Assembly: GCF_009914755.1 (NCBI RefSeq)
Contig: NC_060936.1
DNA length: 64,000 nt
Strand: one strand, 5' to 3'
From: the human T2T-CHM13v2.0 reference genome, Homo sapiens
The translations under genes were made by a program, and so were the position numbers. Shown one piece after another: positions 52,725-64,000 of this stretch (the first letter of the stretch is position 1; every line of letters begins with the position of its first letter). The notes below the pieces were generated by a model. That model did no database searches. It had not been told where the DNA came from and was given only the letters and a program-made list of their open reading frames with translations.

Positions 52725-53202
52725 TGATCCACCCCGACTTCAGCCTCCCAAAGCCCTGGGATTATAGGTGTGAGCCAGTGCGCCTGGCTAAAATGATGCA
52801 AAACTTTAAATCACACAGCAGAACTTCTGCCATACTCAGTTGAGATAGTCAAAGCCCACCCAGAATCAAGGGGAGGAGGCATAGCCCCCCACATCATAGT
52901 GGAAGAAGCATAAGAATTTGTGGCCATTAAAAAAAAATTGGTTTTATTGTGGCAAAATACATATAATATTTACCATCTTCACCATTTTTAGGTGTACAGT
53001 TCAGTGGTATGTGGCCATTTTTTAAAAATCACAAAGTTTTTAAAAAGCAAGATGTGCGAAATAGTGTGTATAAATACACACAATCTATTTGTAGATCTTT
53101 CGATCTTCAAATGTGAAACACTTATAACAGCCACCTACTCCCGAGTTCCTCAGTTATGTCTTATCAAAACGTAAAGTGTTTTTCTCACTGATTGCACATT
53201 GA

Positions 53203-53439
<237 letters not shown>

Positions 53440-54672
53440 TAGCCGTGTTAACCAAGATGGTCTCAATCTCCTGACCTCGTGATCTGCCTGCCTTGGCCTC
53501 CCAAAGTGCTGGGATTACAGGCGTGGGCCACTGTGCCTGGCCCATAAAAACATTTTCTATGTATAATTTGCATATTTTGGAGTTTGTTTTGAAACAATGG
53601 CTACAAGTCCCCTGTAAAATTACCAGTCTACAAGAATACAGTTTAAGTGCCTAGTTTTGTTAAGTAGTGAATCTATTAGAAATCAACTGAAGGCCGGGCA
53701 CGGTGGCTCACGCCTGTAATCCCAGCACTTTGGGAGGCCAAGGCGGGTGGATCACTTGAGGTCAGGAGTTCAAGACCAGCCTGGCCAACACAATGAAACC
53801 CTGTCTGTGCTAAAAATACAAAAATTAGCCGGGCGTGGTGGCAGCCGCCTGTAATCCCAGCTACTCAGGAGGCTGAGGCAGGAGAATTGCTTGAACCCAG
53901 GTGGCCTGGGCAACAGAGCAAGACTATCTCAAAAAAAAAAAAAAAAAAAACAAAAACAGTTGACTGTCAAGTCAATCCGAAAGAACCTGAGTACCGACTA
54001 GGCACATAGCACTATTCTAGGTTCTTTGGAGAATACTAGTAGAACACGCAGTCTTTGCAATTGCAATAAGAAGAATAAAAATTTACATAGGAGTAAATGC
54101 CAAGTCCCTGGTCTTTGTCTAATCGACAAACTTTGCTGTCTATTGGAATCTATGCTGCATATTCAGATGATGTGGGGATTTTTTTTTTTTTAAGACAGAG
54201 TTTCACTCTTTTTGCCCAGGCTAGAGTGCAATGGCGTGATCTTGGCTAACTGCAACCTCTGCCTCCTGGGTTAAAGTGATTCTCCTGCCTCAGCTTCCTA
54301 GGTAGTGGTGATTACAGGCACTCACCACCATGCCCAGGTAATTTTTGTATTTTTAGTAAAGACGGGGTTTCATCACCATGTTGGTCAGGCTGGTCTCGGA
54401 TTCTTGACCTCAGGTGATCCACCCACCTCGGCCTCCCAAAGTGCTGGGAGTACAGGTGTAAGCCACCATGCCCGGCCCACCTGGGGATATTTTTAAAATC
54501 CCAGTGCCCAGGTCACACCCATACCAGTTATATAAGACTCTGGGGTCTTGGAGTTAGGTTTTAGTAATTTTTTCAAACTTCCCAGGTGTTTTATACAAAT
54601 CACCTGGGGAACTTCCTTAAATTTCAGATTTGGATTCACAGATCTGGGTTGGGGTCCAAATTCTGCAATTCT

Positions 54673-54770
54673 TTTATTTTTTTAACAGGATCTGGCTATG
54701 TTGCCCAGGCTGGAGTGCAGTGGCCATTCACAGGCCTCCCAGGTAGCTGGGCCTAGAGGCCTGTGCCCAG
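54673..54770 (-). mobile_element. FAM-like fossil Alu monomer inside a MER5-type element
   Basis: 7SL/FAM-diagnostic gcagtggccattcacaggc; 17-nt flanking repeat CCA(A/G)ATTCTGCA(A/T)TTCT at 54656 and 54771. Confidence 0.6.
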
Positions 54771-54854
54771 CCAGATTCTGCATTTCTAACAAGCATCAGG
54801 TGATACCAACCCTGCTTGTTCACTGATCACACTTAAAGTAACAAGGGTCTAGAC

Positions 54855-55531
54855 TAGGGGTCAGCAAATAATGGCCCATGGTGACCAAATCATAATTTTT
54901 ACCTTCTTAAAGGGTTTTAAAAAAAATCCAAACAATAGTAAAAGAATTGTGGCATTAGTTAAAATTCAGATGTCAGTGTTCATGAATAAAATTTTGTTAG
55001 GATGAAGCCAGGCTTGTTTGTTTACATATTATCTGGGGCTGCTTCACCCATCAGTGACAGGGTTGAGTAGTTTCAGTAGGGACTGATATGGTTTGGCTAT
55101 ATGTCCCCACCCAAATCTCATGTTGAATTGTAATCCCCAGTGCTGGGAGAGGGACCTGGTGGGAGATGATTGGATCATGGGGGCAGTTTATCCCTTGCTG
55201 ATCTCACAATAGTGAGTTTTCACCAGATCTTTTTGCTTAAAAGTGTATACTCTTGCTGCTCTCCCTCTCCTGCTCCACCATGTGAGGAAGGTGTTTGCTT
55301 CCCCTTTGCCTTCTGCCATGATTGTAAGTTTCCTGAAGTCTCCCAGTCATGCTTCCTGTTAAGCCTGCGGAACTGTGAGTCCATTAAACCTTTTTTCTTC
55401 ATAAATTTTCCAGTCTCAGGTGGGTCTTTATAGCAGTGTGAGAATGGACTATGCAGAGACCATACGGCTGGCAAAGCTAAAGTATTTCTTTATCTGGCTC
55501 TTGACAGATAAAGAAAAGTTGCTTCCCCTTG
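54855..55531. mobile_element. MER58 (hAT-Charlie) split by an MaLR LTR
   Basis: aggggtcagcaaa...ggccc start; gagaccatacggc...aaagttgcttcccct end. Confidence 0.65.
55084..55455 (+). mobile_element. MaLR solo LTR (MSTA/THE1D-like)
   Basis: TGATATGGTTTGGCT...ccccacccaaatctcat...gattgtaagtttcctga...gaatggactatgCA; 5-bp TSD gggac/gagac. Confidence 0.85.
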
Positions 55532-55539
55532 GTCTACAG

Positions 55540-56814
<1,275 letters not shown>

Positions 56815-58311
56815 TAGAGACCAGGATGACCCATAGTTGTACATCCACTTTCCCTTCTTGAGCCCATTGCTACCCTTCCTGGGTCGTTGTTAATTCCAGT
56901 GTTCTTTAAACACGCAGTGCCCCCAGGCAACCACAAATCTCTACCAATCGATTGGAATTGTGTGTCAGAAGAAACTGGCTTACCCTCCTGGTGTAGACGG
57001 CTTAGCAAGAAGTCAGGGAAGTGCAAAATCAGATTGGACTCTTGGTCGAGGGATTTTCCCTGGAGGATGTGGTTGGAACACTCTAAAAGGGAGAAGAGCA
57101 AGAAAAGGCGCAAAGCTGGAACTGTGGGGCAGGGTGAGAGGAGGGAGAAAAGCACGTTGGCACCTTGACACCATAAACAGGTGGTATTTTTAGGCAGGGA
57201 AATAACAGAGTGAACTTGATGTTTTTAGGAAGATGAACTTGACAGCTGCGGGTAGGATGAATTGGCTAGAAGGATTGGAGGCACTCCCAGATGAAGAACT
57301 ATTTAAATTGCCCAGGAAAAATTACATGCATTTATTTCTACTTTTTTTTGGTGCTTATCGCCCATCATTCCTTCTTTTTGAGATTTAAGTGTAAAGGGCT
57401 GTTTTGAGCAGCTCTGGATGTTGGTTACTCATTAATCTACTCATTAATCAGCAGAGATTTGTCCATGATGCTAGTTGTTCCATTTCCTTTAGGGGATAAT
57501 AACCTTGTGTTATGAATTGCACCTTTATCAAATTAAGAGAAAATGAGAAAGCAGCTTTGTGATAACAACTTTGAGACCAACTAAAAGAAAATAGCTGACT
57601 GGGCGCAGTGCCTCACGCCTGTAATCCCAGCACTTTGGGAGGCCAAGGTGGGTGGATCGCTAAGTCAGGAGATTGAGTCCATCCTGGCTAGCACGGTGAA
57701 ACCCCGTCCCTACGAAAAAAAAAGAAATTAGCCGGGTGTGGTGGCAGGCGCCTATAGTCTCAGCTACTCGGGAGGCTGAGGCAGGAGAATGGCATGAACC
57801 CGAGAGGCAGAGCTTGCAGTGAGCCAAGATCACGCCACTGCACTCCATCCAGCCTGGGCGACAGACCAAGACTCCGTCTCAAAACAAACAAACAAACAAA
57901 CAAAAAACTATTTGTAAAAATACTTTATGTGGTAGGAACAAAACTTATGTTCATGACGTACTTTTAAACAGAAGTTTTAAAATGGGCCAGATGTGGTGGC
58001 TCACGTCTGTAATTCCAGCGCTTTGGGAGGCTGAGGCAGGAGGACTGCTTGAGCCCAGGAATTGGAGACCAGCCTGGCAAACATGGCGAGACCCTGTCTC
58101 TACAAATTGTTTTGTTTTGTTTTTTTTGAGATGAAGTCTTGCTCTGTCGCTCAGCGTGAAGTGCAGTGGCGCGTTCTCGGCTCACCGCAACCTCTGCCTC
58201 CCGGGTTCAAGCAATTCTCCTGCCTCAGCTTTAAATTAGCTGGGCGTGGCGAAGGCACGGTGGCTCACGCCTGTAATCCCAGCACTTTGGGAGGCCAAGG
58301 CGAGCGGATCA

Positions 58312-58584
<273 letters not shown>

Positions 58585-59693
58585 TTAATGAGCTGTGATC
58601 ATGCCACCACACTCCATCCGGGGCAACAGAGACCCTGTGCCAAAGAAAAAAAGATATGTATGGAAAACACAAACACTTAGGGTGTGATCAGTTCCTCTGG
58701 CAGGTTGCATTTTGTTTCTTATTTCTCTGCATCACATGGTTTTATAAAATCATGAGCCTACTGCAGGTACAATTTTTTACTTTGTATTCTTTTCTCTGCC
58801 ACTATAAACTTTTTAAAATATTATTTTTAGTAATAGTGTTTTTATTTTTAATGATTTTTTATTTTTAATGAAAAGCCATGCAAGCTCAGGTTCTAATTCT
58901 GCTTCTGTGTATAGGTTTATGAGTCGGACTGAATTTTGTAATCTCCCTGAGTCCCTTTTCTTATCCATAAAATGGGGATAATATACCCGCTTCAGTGGTT
59001 TCTGTGAGGATCAGATGAGATGATAGATGTAGGCAATCCTCAGCCCACAGCAAATCCTCAAAACTCTTAGGTCACCCCCTGGAGCTATTCTGCACACTTA
59101 GACTGTGCTAATATATTTTCACTAAGCTTTTTCCATATTTGGAATTATTCCCTTAAGATACATTCCCAGGAACAGATTTGCCAGATCCAAGGGAATGAAG
59201 GGAACATTTTAAAGCCTCCAGTTGCAAATTGCCACACTGCATGCATTTCAAAAGGTCTTCCTCACAAATCCCCATTCCCACCAGCAGCGGATGCACGTCC
59301 ACTTTACTATGTCCTCAAACCATGTTGCTCATCTGATAGGTTAAAACGGCATCTCACTGTTCACATTGGTGTTTCTTTATTTGTGTGATTGAACCTTAAG
59401 AGAACCAGTTAGAAGGCTGCAGTCGCAGATGGAGTCTGGAATTGTCCTCTTGGGCGTAAGCGTGCAAGGCCCAGAAGAGGTCAGGTGGTGGCACTAGAAC
59501 TTAACAGATGTGATGGACTGTCACGCTTCTTTGACTCTGGAGCTAAGCTAAGAAGGAGTGTTTCCAATGCCCACATTGGTTTCTTGTTCAGAATAAAGTT
59601 CTGATACATAAAGGGTTAGCTTTCAACATGTTGGAGAAGTCACTTTTTTTGGATCATAACTGTTATTTGAATTTGTTATATTTATTTATTTAG

Positions 59694-59846
<153 letters not shown>

Positions 59847-59849
59847 TAA

Positions 59850-59978
<129 letters not shown>

Positions 59979-60909
59979 TGAATTTGTTTTAAAGTAAGAT
60001 TAAATATACAGTTAGCCAGGATTGGAGCCAGGATGGGGGCCGGGAGTGGTGGCTCATGTCTATAATCCCAGAGCTTCGGGAGGCTGAGGTGGGAGGGTTG
60101 CTTGAGCCTAGGAGGTTGAGGCTATAGTGAGCTATGATCGCACCACTGCACTCCAGCCTGGGCGGCAGAGCGAGACCCTGTCTCTAAAAAAGAAAAAAGA
60201 ACAGAAAAAACAGCAAGGTTCCTTCTTGTCATTGTTCTATTTATTATATTTCTATTAGCTGTGATTGCCATCATTATTTTTATTATTCTACCCTTGTCTC
60301 CATACAGTTATTTTCCATACTGTTGCCTAAGTATATTCTTAAAACATAAGCCAGATCTTGTCCGTGGCTGGCCTCAAACTTTTCACTGGCTTCTCATTTC
60401 ACTAAGCATAAAACCCAAGTTGCAGAAAACACTTCCCTTCTGTTCGAATTAGAAGCAGGGGTCATCTCCAGGAAAATGGATTATAAAAAGCCCCTCCTTT
60501 GGGCAGATCTAACATAAAAAGACACCCCCTTGGGTAAGGTCAAAGTTTTTTAAAAGCGCTGGATTTAAAAGCTGGATTTCGTTTATGGCTCGGTGCTGCC
60601 TGCCTGTCCATACCGTGGCTTATAAGGTCGGTAAGATCTAGGCCCAGTCTGCCTTTCCAGCCTCAACCCCTGCCACTCCTGCCATATCTCAGACCAGCCT
60701 TCTCTCTAGCCTTACCCGACCAGCCCAGCTAGTCACCATCCCACATCCCCAGTCCCTTGCTGTGACGTCACTCTATTCACTGTCTTCCTGCTGCCATCCA
60801 GGGTTATCTTTATTTACTTGTTTATTGACTAGCTCACTGGAATATTGGCCGGGCGCGGTGGCTCACACCTGTAATCCCAGCACTTTGGGAGGCCGAGGCG
60901 GGTGGATCA

Positions 60910-61146
<237 letters not shown>

Positions 61147-62041
61147 CTACTAAAATAATATATATTGAAAGATATTGGGAGTATGTGCTCAAAAGTTTCC
61201 ACTGAGGAGCATGCAAAAAAACCTTGGGGTCACTGGTCTGTTCTTCCTGGGACACCAGCATTGCATGAAAAAGAAACTATTACCCTAAGCACGTCTTTAT
61301 ACTTATGTGGCTACCCCCATCTGGATAGAAACAATCAACAAAATTATTCAGTCTTATTCTCTTACTCAAAAATAACTTAAAAACTACCCAAGGGAGGGAT
61401 CCAATGTGTTTATTTAAGCACAGATAATGTATTCCAAATCTCTGGGCCCAAGGAGAAACAGCAGAAAGAAGCTTGAATATCTTCTGTCTCACTGAGCCAG
61501 GTTTTCCATCACCACAAAGTGGAATGAGAACACCCCACTAATTCATTCTCTACTCCGAATAGAGAAAAAGAATTTGGCTGCTTCATTCCAAGCAAGAGAT
61601 GGTGGAAGGAGGCCCTTGAGTCTTGAGGATTAAATAGAGCGTCTTCATGTATTTAGCGGTTGCTAACTTTCCCCATTTTTCTTATGTATAATGAGGCACT
61701 GCCATTTGTTCATGTGATCATGAAGCATCCAAGGAAGAGATTTTACCCTGAAAACGCGTAGCTGAAATTCATTAATTTCATGACTACTTAAGAGTCTGCT
61801 ATGTGCCAGGAACTGTTCTGGGGTTGGGGGATGCAAGATGAACACCATGATAAGGTCCCTCCTGATGGCATGGAGTTCTTTTTTTTTTTTTTTGAGGCGG
61901 AGTATTGCTCTGTTGCTCAGGCAGAGTGCAATGGTGTGATCTCAGCTCGCTGCAACCTCCGCCTCCTGGATTCAAGTGACTTTCCCACCTTAGCCTCCCG
62001 ATTAGCTGGGACTACAGGCTCCCACCACCATGCCCAGCTAA

Positions 62042-62375
<334 letters not shown>

Positions 62376-62538
62376 TAAAAACAAGAACAGAAACAACAAC
62401 AACAAAAAAAAACAGCTTTCCTGAGATACAGATAACATATCATACAATTCACTCACTTAAAGTCTGCAATTCAAGCCAGGCAAGGTGGTTTATGCCTGTA
62501 ATCCCAGCACTTTTTTTTTTTTTTTTTTTTTTCCCTGA

Positions 62539-62697
<159 letters not shown>

Positions 62698-63007
62698 TAG
62701 TAGAGACGGGGTTTCACCGTGTTAGCCAGGATGGTCTCGATCTCCTGACCTCATGATCTGCCCGCCTCGGCCTCCCAAAGTGCTGGGATTACAGGCGTGA
62801 GCCACCGTGCCTGGCCTATCCCGGCACTTTTAGGAGACTGAGGTGGGAGAATTGCTTGACCCCAGGAGTTCGAGACCAGCCTGGGCAACAAAGTGAGACC
62901 CTGTCTCTACAAAAAATACAAAAATTGGCGAGGCACGGTGGCTTACGCCTGTAATTCCAACACATTGGGAGGCCGAGGCGGGTGGATTACCTGAGGTCAG
63001 GAGTTCA

Positions 63008-63507
<500 letters not shown>

Positions 63508-63719
63508 TGATCCGCCCACCTCGGCCTCCCAAAGTGCTGGGATTACAGGGGTGGGCCACTGCCCTCGGCCTGTGGGATGCACTTACAGTCTCAGCTACTT
63601 GTGAGGCTGAGGCCAGAGGATTGCTTAAACCCGGGAGGTCAAGGCTGCAGTGAGTCATGATCTTGCCACTGTACTCCAGCCTGGGTTATAGAATGAGACT
63701 GTCTCTAAGTGAATAAATA

Positions 63720-64000
63720 AAGTTAGCAATTCAATAGTTTTTAGTATATTCACAGATACATATAACCATTATCACAATTTTAGGACAGTTTCATCACCTC
63801 TAAAAGAAACCCTTCAGCTGTTGTCCCCCAATCCCCCACCCCAATTCTCCCTAAGCAACCCCTTTTCTGCTTTCTGTGTCTTTGGATTTGCCTATTCTAG
63901 GCATTTCCTATAAATGGAACCGTACAATATATGGCCTTTGTGTCAGGGTTGTTTCACTTAACATTTTCGAGGTTCATCCATATTGTAGCAGGGATCAGAA
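63720..64000 (-). mobile_element. L1MB-like 3' fragment
   Basis: ttttagtatattcacag...ggatttgcctattctag...aggttcatccatattgtagca. Confidence 0.7.

Noticed and set aside
57426-57449. 12-bp tandem duplication TACTCATTAATC x2
   Set aside because: Ordinary slippage micro-duplication in intergenic DNA.
59481-59496. CTCF-like TCAGGTGGTGGCACTA
   Set aside because: Three mismatches in the core 5' half; cannot be supported without ChIP data.

Overview
Primate (human-like) genomic DNA, very Alu-dense. The + strand from 1392 to about 47870 holds the 3' half of KNTC1 (Rough deal/ROD, RZZ kinetochore-corona subunit). I reconstructed 33 coding exons by hand. All have GT-AG boundaries and continuous phase, totalling 3789 nt = 1262 codons + TAA and ending ...CEILKMFLSGLS*, followed by a ~150-nt 3'UTR with a doubled AATAAA. 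The rest (about 48-64 kb) is intergenic and made of nested SINE, LINE, LTR and DNA-transposon fossils. Nearly all ORFs in the supplied track are Alu or LTR artefacts or exon read-throughs. I found no new protein-coding gene, RNA gene or CRISPR-like system. The most unusual signals are at splicing and retroelement level: (1) a triplicated 3' splice site at 43868-43963, where both upstream copies lead to premature stops; (2) a sense-oriented solo LTR12C with intact promoter motifs and an apparently broken poly(A) signal, upstream of an exon whose first ATG is in frame with a strong Kozak context; (3) a fossil of Alu-Alu unequal crossover at 40143-41210; (4) a consensus-like AluYa5. Repeat subfamily names come from recalled consensus sequences and need Dfam/RepeatMasker confirmation.
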